Shown in pieces: positions 1 to 13,786 of a stretch of DNA of 64,000 bases. The notes under the pieces are model-generated. The model saw nothing but the letters and a program-made list of their open reading frames with translations. It was not told the DNA's origin and did no database searches. The position numbers and the translations under genes are program-made. The first letter of the stretch is position 1, and every line of letters begins with the position of its first letter. Location of the stretch: positions 32,738,001 through 32,802,000 of the forward strand of contig NC_087447.1 of NCBI RefSeq assembly GCF_036321535.1, in the 5' to 3' direction. This DNA comes from Camelus dromedarius. Lineage: Eukaryota.

Positions 1-350
1 ATGCCTTGATAAATTCTGGATCTGGGCCAGTGGTAATTTCTTTACTCATCTCTTTACCAACTTAAGAATGAGTACACTAATTTTACTTAAAATACAAAAA
101 TGCCAATCTGACTCCTGGAATGGAGCTTCATCTAAAGCCACATGGTAGGATTTTTTTTTCTATGATTTTCAAAGGTTTATCATAGCCCGTTCACAATTAA
201 AGCTTGACTGTCTAGTGTCCCATTCCTAAACATTTGCTAAACAAATCAATTAACTAATGCGTGCCTAGGTGTTATGGGGTATTAATGTTATTTCGCTGAG
301 GTAACTAGCTTGTTTATTAAAATAGCTGTACTTTAATTTGCTTCTTTAAC

Positions 351-522
351 CAGTGATTCCCAACTTTCCTACAAAGAGGAAGCACCTAGGGAACTTAAAT
401 CTCCATGCCTAGCTTGTACTGCACACCAGTTAAATCAGAATGTCTGAGGTGGTAGCCAGGTATCAGCATTTTTAAAAAATTCCCAGGCAATCCTAATGTA
501 CAGCAAAGATTGGGAACCAGTT
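351..522. mobile_element. hAT-Charlie MITE, MER5A-like
   Basis: Terminal inverted repeats cagtgattccca / tgggaaccagtt; internal ttaaatcagaatgtctgaggtgg and tcctaatgtacagcaaag resemble recalled MER5A. Confidence 0.75.
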
Positions 523-1336
523 CCTTAACCTAAATAGTAGGAATTTCTAACAGCAGAAAGAAATGAATGATCTGTGTTTCTGTTTTCTCCTGGAAAGGGC
601 CAGACTTCAGTGTGTTCATGGCTCTCAGGTAGGAGCTAGCCTTCCTCTTCTTCCTGGAAAATATAGCAAATACACAGAATATACCTTGTGTATAAGACCT
701 TATGGGCAAACTCAGTGGGGTCCTACTTTTTGACCTCAATTCCCATTGGTCCCTCTGAATGGAATGCCCTTCTTACAGGCTCTACCTGTTGATATGCATC
801 TTTTAAAGCCTTGTACAAATGGTACCTCCCATCTTATATCTTCTTGCCCTGTTGGAATTTTTCTTAGACCATAGACCACCCATTAATTTTTATCTTGTTT
901 CTCATTGATCATAGTTTGGTATCCATCACTAATTTGGGTAAGTCATCTTGCTTGGGCTGTGATTTAATCATTTGTTAAATGAGGGAGTTGGGACTTGAAC
1001 TTACAAAACTCTCAGCTCTCTTCTGGTTTAAAATTGCTATGAGTTCTTGTATCTTGCATGCTCTCCTAGGAAAAGCACCTTTTGTCATTACCAGATATCT
1101 TGAGTGTCACAACACACCAGTTTTTAGCTGATAATTCCCTTTTGGTTGCTAAGCTGTCAGAAGTAGAACAACTTCACATACAGATACGTCTTTTCCCGAA
1201 AAATGACAATAGTAATTGTGGTGATATTTTATATACGTGTATATATGTCCCAAATATATGCTATATGTATATACACACATCATGTATATATAGCATACTT
1301 ATGCAACATATATATACTAAATATGTATTATATGTG

Positions 1337-1337
<1 letters not shown>

Positions 1338-1374
<37 letters not shown>
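1338..1374. repeat. (TA)n microsatellite inside a degenerate TA/TG-rich tract (about 1228-1380)
   Basis: Uninterrupted TA dinucleotide run read directly. Confidence 0.95.
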
Positions 1375-1377
<3 letters not shown>

Positions 1378-1394
1378 TATTCTGTATACCACTT

Positions 1395-1612
1395 GGCAAT
1401 TCACATGATATTTTACATGTTTTTTTTTCATTTTACTTATCTTAACAACATGCAAAATAAGTAGACAGGTAAGTGTTATACTATCTTTGAAATAAACTAA
1501 GACTATAAAAGATTAAGTGATTTATCCAAGGCTTCATGTAAGTAACATGACAAGGCTCTGTCTAAAAGGGATGTCTTCTACTTCCTTAGTTCAGGGTTTA
1601 TTTTATTCCACC
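1395..1612 (-). mobile_element. MIR SINE, decayed
   Basis: MIR core-like aaactaagactataaaagattaagtgatttatccaagg. Confidence 0.65.
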
Positions 1613-2540
1613 AGAGAGATTTCTGTATTTATAATATTACAGGAGAATAAATAAGACCTCCTCATGTTGTAGTCCAGTGTACTCCATATTGTCTGTTGTT
1701 TTTCCACAGAATTGGGAACTTAACTCCCCCAACAAATGCTAAGGTTTTGGGGCTCTGCTTATGTGTAACCAGCTAACAGAAACTAAAGTCATCACACCAT
1801 CTGCGTGACCTCCATTTATTGATAAATATCTAAGCCAGGGGAAAGTGTCCTTCAGTTTTCTACAACAAATCAAGCATATCTGACAATAACTATTCTTCTC
1901 TGTCAGGCATTTCACAGCCTAACGCCTCAAAATCCAAATTCCTGTCATTCCTCAACAATCTCCCAGCAGGGCACTTTGTTTTCAAGTTAGCAGTAATGTA
2001 GATGTTTCCTAAAAGGATGGTGGGTGGTTACTGCTAGGTGGAGTAGGTAGACGAGAAAGAGATGACCCTTTGTACAACTTCTATTATACTAGTGTTGGAT
2101 TTTAACTTTTATAAACTGATCTCATATCTATTCTCCACATTCAATAAAGGAGGAAACAGACCTCAGGAGTTAAATGAATAATCATAAGATCAGAAATGGT
2201 AGAACCAGGGCACATACACATGTTTTCTGGTAGCTACTCCAACAGAGAAAAGAATGATAAATTGCCCATCCCACTCTATTCCAATGATGAAGAGGAATTT
2301 TTTTCTCTGAGTTTGCTCTCTTCAAGACTTAGAATTAAACCTTTCCATGCAAAGACTTGGGTTGCCAAATGCAACCCCCCAAAATGTACCTAAACCAAGA
2401 AGCTTCAGGGTCGGTTAGTCCTTTTGCCTAGTCTTAACTGCCATTTATTGTACTTGCCTTATTTTTCTTTTTAAGCCTTTATTTGGGCAACCTAAGTGTA
2501 GGTGCATAGGCTTTTTTCCAATGTGATTGTTAAATATAGA

Positions 2541-2780
2541 TGAGGAGGAGGAGAGGGGCAGGTATGAGTATAAAGGGGTAGGTAAGGGAGCCTTGTGGTG
2601 ATAGAACAGTTCTACATCTTGACTGCAGTGATGGTTATGTGTATATAAGATCCGTGGATTATACCAATGCCCATTTTCTGTACTACATTATACAAAGTGG
2701 TACCACTGGGAGAAACTGGGTGAAGCGTACACAGCAACTTCTTACGAATCTGTAATTATTCAAGACTAAAAAAAAAATAA
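2541..2780 (+). mobile_element. Old L1 (L1MC/MD-type) 3' end
   Basis: ttgtggtgatagaacagttctacatcttgactgcagtgatggtta and gggagaaactgggtgaag, ending in an A-rich tail. Confidence 0.7.
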
Positions 2781-3789
2781 ACATGGATGATGAATAAGAG
2801 TTTCCAGTGTAAATAATGATGATGATGATGATAATAATAATAACAACAAATTAGATTATTCCATAGAAATAATATTTTGGCAGTGCAAACTTCTAAGAGA
2901 TCCATGAGGATACTGAGATGTCTTCCTGTTATTAGAAGGATGGAGTTGATTTGTAGGGGATGAAATTCCCTGCTTGAAACCAAATCTGAGTGTTTTTCTG
3001 GTTCTACTGAATAGTATAGAGCTGTAGAACTAAATCCAGGCTCTGCTGCTAAAAGATATCCAACTTCAGGGAACTTCCTGTTTCTCTGCACATTGTATAC
3101 TTTAAACTTACACAATGTTATATGTCAATTATATCTCAAAAAATAAGTTACTGCATATACTTAAAAGAATTATATATGTATGTATGTGTGTATATATATA
3201 TGCACATAATACATAGATAATATTTCAGTGAAAGATAGCGGCGATTATCATTGTTTTAACTGTTTTCCCATGAGGAAAATGAATGTTGCAGTATTTTTGT
3301 GTTGAACAGGAGAGTTAGGGAATTATCCTGTGTGTTCAGGAGTTTTCCTCTAGTTTCACTGAAACAACAGGTCCTTGCTCCTACACAATCCTTCTCAGGC
3401 CCTCTGGAGATAAGACACACCTGGAAGTGGAGCATGCATCAGTGTCTGGAGTTCCCCAATGACAGCTCGACCAGCCATTCCTGTGTCTGAGAAGAGTCAT
3501 TTTGTTTGTTCTTTTTCTACATTAAAGCACCCAAATTGGGGGACATATTAATACTTCATCAGGAAATATTTGGTCCTGTATTAGCTAATGCCACTAATTG
3601 ATATCTCTTTGGAAAGTGATGATGAGCGATAAATGAAATAATTAGAGTTTGAAAAATATTCTTGGAGGGTAGGCCTGGTAGAGAAGAGAGGTAGTGATAC
3701 ATTGAAGTGCCCTGGGATGTTGCTAGGCATCCAGCTTTGTTAAGGGAAGAATGTTGATGTGAGAATGAATGGGCCTTAAATGGTAGAAG

Positions 3790-4010
3790 TAGCATTGTTG
3801 GTGGAAAGGCTCTTGTCTGGGACTCAAGAAATCTGTTTTCAAATCCTCCCTGTGCTACCTACCTATAAGTACAGCAATCTTTTGACAAGTTACATTACAT
3901 CTTCATGATTTACTATCATCTGTATAGTGAGGACAGTACGATCTACCTACCACACATGTGGAATTCAAACGTTTCATCTTGTGAAACAATGAATGGGAAT
4001 ATGTTTTGTG
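3790..4010 (+). mobile_element. MIR SINE
   Basis: Head gtggaaaggctcttgtctgggactcaagaaatctg; core tgacaagttac...catctgtatagtgagg. Confidence 0.65.
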
Positions 4011-4259
4011 GACTATTGAATGTTTCTTTATTCTAGGGTTTCCTTAATCACTTTCGCTCAAACAAATTTTCCTTAATATAACAACACAGATACCCACATT
4101 ACTCCGTATAGAGGCCCTCTAAACTTGTTTTCATTAGAAGTGACTTTAAAGATCGGCTCCAATGATAAATGTCTTACATTGGTAATTGACCAGCTCAACT
4201 TAGGAGCTAGTCAATATTATCCTCTTGTGTCTCCTAATTAATTCTGTAGGAGTACAATT

Positions 4260-4440
4260 TTATTTTGTAAACCCTTTTAATATTCACTACAAATAAGTCA
4301 GATAATGCTTATTTTCATTTTACACATGGGAAAAATGACGTTCAGATAAGGTAAGCTGTTCATAATCACACAGCCGATAAATGGCTGATTTATGTTCTCA
4401 TCAATCTGGCTGCAAATCCCATCATCTCCCCACTGTTCTA
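4260..4440 (-). mobile_element. MIR SINE
   Basis: cattttacacatgggaaaaatgacgttcagataaggtaag...tcacacagc. Confidence 0.65.
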
Positions 4441-4727
4441 TCAAGTAGACGTAGCATAGCTTCCACCAGCGTCACTCAAATTATCTCAAGTCAAACAAAA
4501 ATACCTGCGACAGAATGGTACCTGCAAAAACTGCAAATATTAAAATTAAGGCACTGATTATAAAATAAATATTTACATGTTTAAAGTATAGAATAAAGGA
4601 CTAAAATGAAATTACAGCACAGATTCTTAAAAGAACCCTGTAGGCAGGTACTACTATAACCGAATGACAAAATTAACATTACCACTCATAAGATGTCATG
4701 TCATGTCTCCCCTGATAAAAACCGAGA

Positions 4728-5330
4728 TCACAGCATCACTTCTGAGTATTCCCGCCAAAAATATGCAACTCTATCTAATGTACAAAAGGATTCAGTTTTA
4801 TCTAATCATGAGAAAACATCAGCGAAACATCAGAGAAATCCAAATTGAGGACAGTCTCAAAATAACTGGCCAGTATTCTTCAGAAGTATTGGGTCATGAA
4901 AGACAAAGAAGAGGGTAAGGCAATAGCTAAGTGCTAGAGAGAGTGCTTACAATGCGCAGGGTCCTGGATTCAATCCCCAGTACCTCTGTTTAAAAGAAAA
5001 AGACAAAGAAAAACTGGCAAATAGTGACAGATTGGAAGACACTAAGAATATGTTCAAACTAAATGCTATGTGGAGTCCTGGACTGGATCCTAGAATATAA
5101 AAGGGACATTAGCAGAAACACTGTTTAAATAAAATTTGGATAAGGCATGTAGGTCTGTTAAGAGTTGTGTATCAATGTGAATTTCCTAGTTTTAATAATT
5201 GTACTGTTGATATGTAAGGTAGTAACGTTAGGGGAATCTGGGTAAAAGGTACCTCTGAGAACTCTGTGTTACCTTTGTAACTTTAACACTAAAATTATTA
5301 CAATATAAAATTTTAGAAAAAACTTTCTAA
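4728..5330 (+). mobile_element. Old L1 (L1MC-type) 3' UTR interrupted by a SINE
   Basis: acagcatcacttctgag, catgagaaaacatcag, actaaatgctatgtggagtcctggactggatcctaga, taacgttaggggaatctgggtaaaagg; sequence resumes after the SINE. Confidence 0.75.
4911..4998 (+). mobile_element. tRNA-Ala-derived SINE (camelid vic-1-like)
   Basis: Degenerate A box tagctaagtgc, B box gattcaatcc, ccagtacctc 3' arm, A-rich tail; perfect 12-bp target-site duplication (TSD) aaagacaaagaa at 4899-4910 and 4999-5010. Confidence 0.9.
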
Positions 5331-5339
5331 ATAAGTTAA

Positions 5340-6370
5340 AAAATTATCAAATAGAATTTTTGGCAATGAAAAACATTACATATGAAATTAAAAACTCATT
5401 GACCCCACAATCATTGCTTAGTACACTTATGGTATGTTCATTCATTATTTGTAAATTTTACCTCAGAACAAATATCAAAACTTATAAATAAATATTAAAT
5501 TGTAATTAGTGATATGCAGGACAAAGTATTTAGGTAGAAGTGTATTTTTGTCTGTAACTTCATAGTAATATACACAGATAATAAGATGATGGTAAAATGA
5601 GTAGACTAATAGAAATACAACAATAAAAGTATAGCAAATTTTGACATTTTCTGATTCTGGGTTTGTGGATCTTCACTATAAAATTCTCCCAACATGTGAA
5701 AGTTTGAGAATTTTTATAATAAAATGTTGGGGGAAAAAATCACAGGAAAGTTTAAATAAGAAATTAGTTTAAAAGTTTAAATAAGATTTTAATAAGTAAG
5801 AAAAAAGTTTAATAAGTAAGAAAGTAGACATATCTGAAGAGATAAGTATATAAAAATTATGAAAGATAGATTAATAGACATGGAAGGAAGACTGAGTCTA
5901 ATATACATCTAACTAGAATTCTGAAAGAAAAGAGAATTAGGTAAAAGCAATATTTAAGGAGATTATGGACAAGTATTTCCCAGAACTGATGAGGGAAACC
6001 AATCCAGATTCCATCCTATGTAGGATGAAAACCAGTAAATCCCCAGTAGGATTAAACAAAGAATGAAAGAAAAAAGACCCAATTGCTCACCTTAATGAAG
6101 TTTTGGAAAACCACAGGGAGAGAGTGGATGTTAACAAACTGCCAGAGATTTAAAACAACAAAAATGTGGATGAAACAAAACAGAACAAAAAGCAGATCAT
6201 CTTCAAAGGACTGACATAGACTGACAGCTGATTTCTCAACAGCAAGAGTAATGCCAAAATAATACTTTCGATGTGTTGAAAGAAAATAAATCCCAACACA
6301 TTTCTTGGCAAAAATGTATTTCAAGAGTAAGAGCAAAATAAATACTTCCCAGGTAAGGAAAATCTGAAGG
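5340..6370 (+). mobile_element. Old L1 ORF1-region remnant, interrupted by another L1 3' fragment (about 5400-5740)
   Basis: A-rich with ORF1-like nucleotide motifs: gcaatatttaaggagattatggac, ttcccagaactgatga, agactgacagctgatttctcaacagcaa. No open frame. Confidence 0.6.
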
Positions 6371-6373
6371 CAT

Positions 6374-6908
6374 TTGATCTGGTTAGCTATCGCTGAATGG
6401 TAAATTATCCCACAATATGGTGACTTAAAACAAGTCATTTGATTATATCACATAGTTTTTGTGTGTCAGGAATAAGATGGAGCTAGAGGTATTCTTCTGC
6501 TATTCATGACATCAAATAGGGCAAGGTAGTGATACATACCTTGTGAGCGGGCAGGTCTGAAGGGTCCAGAAGACTTCTCTTACGTTCCTGGTGCTTTTAG
6601 GGTAAGAGTGGTGCTGGAAAACTAAGCTTAGCTAAATTGCTTCTCTCTCCATGTAGTCCTCCAGCCCTCTCCACGTGGTCTCTCTGGCAGGGTAGGCATA
6701 CCTCCCTCATATCAGCTTAGGGCTCTCAGAGACCATGGCAGAAGGAAGATTCCAGTTCTCGAAAATGCCCAGAACTGGCGTGGTATCACTTCCGTACTTT
6801 ACTGAGCAAAGCTGTGAGAGGCCAGCTCAGATTCAAGGGAGGAAAATTAACTCTACTTCTCCATAAAAGGAATATGAAAGAATTTGCAGCCATCTTCCCT
6901 CCACCAGA
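6374..6908 (-). mobile_element. MaLR solo LTR (old MLT1)
   Basis: ggttagctatcgctg...gtgacttaaaacaa at one end; ggccagctcagattcaaggga...aaagaatttgcagccatctt at the other. Confidence 0.8.
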
Positions 6909-7089
6909 CTTCATTCTACCACAGACTTCAGGCAGAAACAACTTGATTACAGATGTAAAGTCAGAGCTATAGAAAGGAATAAAAACCCATTAGAGTAGGA
7001 ATTTTAATCTAATTTGTTTCCTCTGGATCCCTAACCCCTGTAATGGTGCCAGGAACATATTAACCACTCGGTAACTATGAGCCAAACAA

Positions 7090-8320
7090 ATGAATGGTAG
7101 AGGTGTCATTGAAGACAAGGACAGTATGGGTTTACAATAAATGATGCTAGAACAAGTGATTGTGTATAACAAACAAAAAATGAAACTGGGCCAAAACCCT
7201 ATGCCACATACAAAATCAGTTCCAGACAGATAAACAAAATTAAATATGAAAGGCAAAAGTATTCAATTTTAAAAATCTAAAAGAGGCATTTCATGGGCCA
7301 GGAAAAAATGTCAATAAATAATAAGCAAAAGAACAGAGCATAAAGAACTTATTTTAAAATTTACCTACCACAAAGTTAAGAACTTCTGTTCAGCAAATAT
7401 CATAGAACAAAATGATACATGAAAAATAGCAAGAAGTATTTTCATAAAAACTAATAAAAGGCAATCCAGTAGAAAAATAGCGAATGGCAGGCCCTTCACT
7501 GAAGAAAAAACACAAATGGTCAATATACATGCAAATATGTCCTCTTCTTCATAAGTAATCAGGCAAATGCAAGTTAAAGCCATAGTATTATTCCATTTTG
7601 TATCCTCCTGGGGCACAAAAATGTCAGTGTCTGACAACACCAAGCATTGGTGAAAGTGTGGAAGACCAGACACAGTTGTACAAACACGTTAAAAAACAAT
7701 TTAACAGCATATGGTAAAGTTGCAGATCTAAATGCCCTATGACCCCGCAACTCCATATGTTCTACATAATATATGAATGTTACACACATCCGTGAGAATA
7801 TCATGAATTTTATATGCATATAATTCTTCCTCATATACACCAAGTAATGTATGTGGGAATGTTCGTATATGAGAATATTCATAACAGAACTGCAAAATAA
7901 TAGAACAATCTAAATGTCCATTGACTGTGAATAAATGGTGGCATGTTCATATAATAAAATCACATACAGTAATGAAAATAAATAAATTATAGCTGCAAAT
8001 ATCAACAATAAATATTGCAAATATGCTGTAGAAGAAAATGAGCCACAAAAGTCCACACAGTATAATTCCATTTATTCATGATTCAATAACATTTAAAATT
8101 TAAAAAAGCACTGTGTTTAAATCGAAAATTAAATGCAGTGGTTATTGGTTATTTGTGATAAGGGAATCTGGGAAGTGCAGACAAGAAATTTCAAAGAAAA
8201 AAATTTTCCTTGAAATGGATGGTTAGAATATAGGTTTTCCGTTGTTTTTATCTCTTTTAATTTATGTATATTTTATAAATATCCTTTCATATCTATTCAA
8301 CATACAATAAAAAACATTTT
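7090..8320 (+). mobile_element. Old L1 (L1ME-type) ORF2 end and 3' UTR
   Basis: caataaatgatgctagaacaa, ccacatacaaaatcagttccaga, aatcaggcaaatgcaagttaaagcca, aacaatctaaatgtccattgac; ends caataaaaaa. Confidence 0.8.
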
Positions 8321-9279
8321 AAGTGTCTTTGTACTTAAATGTCCTTGCATTTGAAAAAGAAGCTTTTAGAGAATCCTATATTTATTTGCCATGATAACAA
8401 ACAGAAAGCCTTTTGATTATCCAATTATTTCATATCTCTTAGGGCAGCTTGAAACTGTGACACTCAGCACTATAAACCACAAGTAAAGGCCTTTGAGAAA
8501 GGCAACAAATCAGAAATGCAAAACGCTATCATTGATTAATTTATGACAATGAAGTTTTCAGCCTGCAAGAACCAGGGGCAAAACAAAACAATAACTCACC
8601 AGGGGCCCGTGAGCCCTGAAGTGTGGCGCTTGGCCATGTGTAACTATTTATCACTCCAGGTCTCAAATCTGAATGCTATCAATCATGCTGCTTACCAGGG
8701 CGCCAACTGAATATAAATTGGCCTTTCTGGGCATCCATAGGCCTCGTTCTGCCAAGTGATTTGATAGTTCTTTTATTTTGAAACACTTAGGATGGATTAT
8801 AGAATGAAAGCACGCACTTTGGGGCCATTTAGAAAAATCAATTCAAGCCATGCTTAGGGACAAAGAAAAATCCTTCCGTTCTGTCTAGCAACATATCTGA
8901 CTCCATAGAATAGTCCCAGGGAGATGCAAATACTTGTACAAGGTAAATTTCAACAGCAATGTGATCATTAGCACGTGTATCATGACAACATTGGCACACT
9001 ATGAACCTCTACATTTACGCCAGTGATGGTAAGAGTGCTCAAAACGTTTTTGGAACACCTACTGGAGAATAGGTCCTTAAAGCCTTGAGTAAATTTTTGC
9101 ATTTAGGAGTGAATTTCATTGTTTTTTGAAAAATGCCAAAGTCTTTTGGAACCAAAGACAGAGAATAAAGGGAGATTTCAAGGGCAGGGAATTCTTGATT
9201 TGGCTCAGACACAAGAAAGGAGTCTTGTTTCTGTCGATAGTTCATAAAGTGTCACTGGTGCCAATTCCCCGTGACGAGG

Positions 9280-9700
9280 TAGACGTGAACAGGCCTCATT
9301 GGGAATCCTGTGTCTGCCACTTTCTGGCTCTGGAACAAATAAGTTACTGAGCTCTTCAAATGTCAGCTAACTCCCGTGAAATGAAGATAATTACAACTAT
9401 CTTGAAGGGTTGCTACAATTAAAAAAAAAAAAAAACATACACAATACAAGTAACACATAAAGTTATTCAAAAAATGGCAAATAAAAACAAAATAAAAGCA
9501 TTAGTAATAAATCCAATTCTGAGATCTTGAATTGAGGCAGTATTGAATAGCAACTAAATACATGGGCTTTGGAGTCAGATTCACCTGAATTTAGATCACA
9601 GATTCTCTGTTTCCTAGATAGGCAATTTATCTAATTTTCAGAAAATTATTTAGCACCAGAAAGACTTTGAAAAATGGGATTATAGTAGTATTTGTTGATT
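9280..9700 (+). mobile_element. Two consecutive MIR fragments separated by an A-rich tract
   Basis: gaatcctgtgtctgccactttctggct; catgggctttggagtcagattcacctgaattt. Confidence 0.65.
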
Positions 9701-9889
9701 TATCATAATCATCATCATATAGGTATTTAGCATTAAAATGGAATTGGTGGTAAATTCAATTTCATTTAAGGCTTGTCACATTCATAAATAAGATAAATGA
9801 CTTACAGAAAAATGAGTTGGAAGGGCTGGGCATGGACATATAGGCTTTCTTTCTCTTTAGCTTTCCCAGACCATGCAGAATCAGAGTAA

Positions 9890-10235
9890 AACAGAGTGTG
9901 TAGTCTAGCTCTGGGCAATCTGAGATTAGATCTGGCTCTGCCATCTTTACTAGCTGTATGAACTTGGGCAAGATGCTTAAACTTTCTGTGCGTCTCCTTA
10001 ACATCAAGGGTTCATCTAGCACTGGGGGCCAAAGGCTAATACAATTTTGGAAGTATCATTTAAAAAAAGGAATACAAAAATTATAAATATGAAATCACAT
10101 ATCTCATTCTGAAATTTAAGCTTTACTCCGGAGTAAATCTGCCTTTGATATTTCATAGGGTTATTGGGTTGGAGGATCGGATATATATATGTAAAATGTT
10201 TGTAACAGTGTCTGGCTCAGTGATCACCAGATAAA
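9890..10235 (+). mobile_element. MIR split by a hAT MITE
   Basis: ctggctctgccatctttactagctgtatgaacttgggcaag; resumes tcatagggttattggg after 10147. Confidence 0.7.
10005..10147 (-). mobile_element. hAT-Tip100 MITE (Zaphod/MER115-related)
   Basis: Ends caagggttcatct / gtaaatctgcctttg; internal tacaattttgg...aaaggaatacaaaaattataaat matches a recalled short Tip100 consensus; exact subfamily uncertain. Confidence 0.6.
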
Positions 10236-12177
10236 GTATTTGCCCTAATTCCTATCTCAGTCCCACAAAGATATCTCTAGACCTTCCATTACCTAAAAAT
10301 CATTTAAGTAGAAAAGAGGAAACAGGTCAGTTATTCTGTTCCCACATTAGATTGTCCTGAAGTGCTAAAATGCCTAGTTATGCCCAGGACAATACTAGTT
10401 ATGGGTGGGTGTTGAAGACACAAAAAATACAAAAGCTCACAAGTATAAAAAAAAAAATCAAGAACACCACCACCACCCCTGCCACTGGAGCAAGTGTCAT
10501 TGCTGAAGGCTCTCCCTTTTCCTACTTGTGGTTATGGTGTTTGGTAAGAAGACCAGGGAGAGTATTGTGTCTCACTCAGACTTGTCTGACCTAAGCTCTT
10601 GGGAAATTATTAGTTCATATTTTGGTCTTACGTCAATGTCACCCTTCACTTCCCACCTTACTCCCACCTCACTCCCACCTCCCATAGTTGACCTCCACAC
10701 CTCAGGAGTAGATTTGACCAAATAAGCTTGTTGAACAAACATTCTGATTGTCATTTATTTCATGTTGTCCTTCTGTTTGATGTATTTTATTTACACAGAG
10801 GCAACAAGAGGTGATGGTTACTATATAAACAACCCCTTGTTGCATATTTACCAGAACCAAATAAGAGAGCAAACGTCTGTCTAGGGGCTTGGTAATGTTA
10901 GGGTCAGATGTTTGATCCCTTTTTTTTTTTTCTTCTAGAAATGTAATTTTTTTCCCCTCATCTGATTATCTATTTTGAGGCTGAAAAGCAAGAACTATCC
11001 AATATGCCTCCACCAGTCTTCAACCACAGAATATATAACTAAATGGATACATATTTTTGAGGTTCTCCAAGTTTATTAAAATTTCTAGTCTAGCAAGAAA
11101 TGATATTCTTTACTACATCTAACTCCAAAGCATAAAACAGGTACTGGACCAATTTCCTCCGTGAATTTCATACACATCTTTTCCGCATAACAAGTGAAGT
11201 TCTTATTTCTGAATAGCAGGCTTGTCCTGTCTAATTAAATATAACTTACTCTCAAATGTGGTGTTTCTGGCATGGTTATTATTATAAATTTGTTTTATGC
11301 AATTAGATCTTGGTGGAAATGAAGACAAATTCTTATTGAACCTTTGTAAACAACTACATTATCATGGAAAATAAAAGGATTTAATAAAGGCCCAGATAGT
11401 TTTGCAGACAAAGCCAATTAAAATGTAACTTTATTTTCTACAGAATCATCATCCTTAAGTTCTCCTGATGGTTTATGAGGTTATAATATACATTAAGATT
11501 TCTAAATGGATATTTTTCCTAAATTCTGAGGATTAGTTGAAATAAGTTTCAGGGAATTTCATTTTAGTTTACACAAATATATCCAGCTATACTGAGGCTT
11601 ACAGATAAGTCAAGATGAATGTAAATGAGCTTTTCCTAATGCCCACCAAAAAATAGAACCTTCTAAAAATGCCTACAACATGCAAAAAAATTATACAATT
11701 AGATTTTTCATTAGTTTAATTCAGTTCTACAAAACTAATGCCTACTTGAGAAGTAATACTAAAATGCTAAATTGAGTACTGAAATACCAATGACAAACAG
11801 TGTAAGGATGGAATGAGATAATCAGAGTAAAAGGACTCTTAAATCCTTTTATTGTTTAGAAGTATACAAAAGACACTGATACATTTTAGACTTTGTAAAA
11901 TTAAGTGTAAGTGATAAAATTTCATAAGATAACTGCTTTAAAAAGAGAGTTGTAAAAGAAATAAAAGTAAAAAAGAAATGAGGGGAGAAATCCAAAAGAA
12001 GGCAATAAAGAGGGGGAAAAAATAACCATCGAAAAGACAAGGCAAAAAAATCCAAGCTTATGATGGAAAATTACAGATTAAGACACATAGAAGTGAGAAT
12101 GAGAAAGCTTAGCATAAATCCATTTGTAGTTCCATAAGAAAAAAAAAATCCATATGTGCAACATTACCATATACTTA

Positions 12178-12186
12178 GTGTGTGTA

Positions 12187-12220
<34 letters not shown>
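12178..12220. repeat. Compound (TG)n(TA)n microsatellite
   Basis: Read directly. Confidence 0.9.
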
Positions 12221-12329
12221 GCATATAGTATACTTAATTGCCCTAACTTGTCTTATACATTACAAATGTATAGAATATTTCAATGCATCAGAAAATTGTG
12301 TTGAACAGTACCTCTCTGGTCAGACATAC

Positions 12330-12830
12330 TTGACATTGTGTACCAAGAGATTGACACAGGATGTTGGTAGCAAAGCAATCAAGCAAACATACAAGCAAAT
12401 AACCTAAGTGTCCATTATAGAAGAAGGGAATATACATTGTGGCTGATTCAAACACTGTAATAGTAAACAGTAGTGAAAACAAAGATAATCAGCTATAACT
12501 ATTAGCAGGAGAGACTCACATGATGATATTAGGCTATAACATACATTGCGAATAGTATATACAATTTATATATAAAACCAGAACATACGCAAAACTAGCC
12601 AGTACGTTATATAGTCAAATACCAATGGAATAATAAATACAAAATTCAGGATACCTTCTATCTCTGATGAGAAGAAGATAATCAAAAAGGGAAATTAAAT
12701 CAGAGTGAAATCATCTTAATACAGCTATCTTCTTTTTCTTTTTGTGGTATTGTATGTACAAGTTACCTTATATTATATTACATTATTAGCTATAAATAGT
12801 TTGAAGTGTATTAAATATTTCATTATAAAA
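12330..12830 (+). mobile_element. Old L1ME-type 3' fragment
   Basis: aaataacctaagtgtccattatag, taataaatacaaaattcaggata. Confidence 0.55.
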
Positions 12831-12839
12831 TAATGGTGC

Positions 12840-13715
12840 ATGAGTTATCCTTGTTTTTTAGTGATTAGTCCTTGAATGTTTCTCCTTTAACTTTGATGTG
12901 ATTATTTTCAGATAGATAATTAAAATATTTTAGAGTAATGTGTGTATTTCTATGTTTTTATCAGAATAAGAGTTGGAACTTAATCAAATGATTTTTCATA
13001 ATTAATTGGGGTTTTTATTTTCGACCTATTTATATGATTTAGATTCCAAGTTAATACATCATATTTGCAGTACTGTGGGGGATACATTATTCTCTTGACG
13101 CACTGTTGGATTTATCCAGTAGCATTTTATTTTGAATACTCGTAAGTCCCTTTGATCCACAGTTCCCTTTTATGTGTCATCTTTGTAATGTTTTGAAATC
13201 AGTTGTGTACTTGCTTCATGAAGTGAATGGAATGACTTTACATCTTTTATAATTCTGGAAAAAATAGATTTGTATAGCATAGGAATTAGAATCACAAGTT
13301 GGAAGCATTCTACAATAAAAAATCTGACCTCAAAAGACGTAGAAATAATTCTTAGGTAACCTTTAAAATACTTTTCATGTGTTCATATATTTGGTTTTTC
13401 AACTTTATCCTATTTTGCTAATTTGTATTAATAGATTGACAGAACCACCCCCCTCATTTTGTTAAGGTTTCCACATCTGTAAGTGCCCACAGTGTATAAT
13501 TTTATATCCTTTTTGCATGATTATTACCATTCCAGCAATTTCTCCTTTTATTTCTTTCTCTTTTTCTTTTTTAGACTTGCCCGAAGTATACATGTTTTAA
13601 TAATTTTTTCCAAAGATCCAGATCTTCCATATGTATTTAAGAGGTGAACTATTATCTTTGTGGTTTGCTTTTTAAGTTGTTTTTTCTGCTTTTGTCTTTA
13701 TTATTTACTTCCTCA
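12840..13715 (-). mobile_element. Very old antisense L1 ORF2 remnant
   Basis: T-rich; gttggaacttaatcaaatgatttttc, tgcttcatgaagtgaatgg, tttgtatagcataggaatt. Confidence 0.55.
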
Positions 13716-13786
13716 TGTCGACAATCTAGATGAAGACTGTGTGGAGGATGGGTCCAAGGACACTTGCACTGAACAGTATTTGTGAA

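Noticed and set aside
1082..1455. ORFs with YIYIYI runs (likewise HT/CV runs at 36037-36342)
   Set aside because: Translation artefacts of TA and CA microsatellites.
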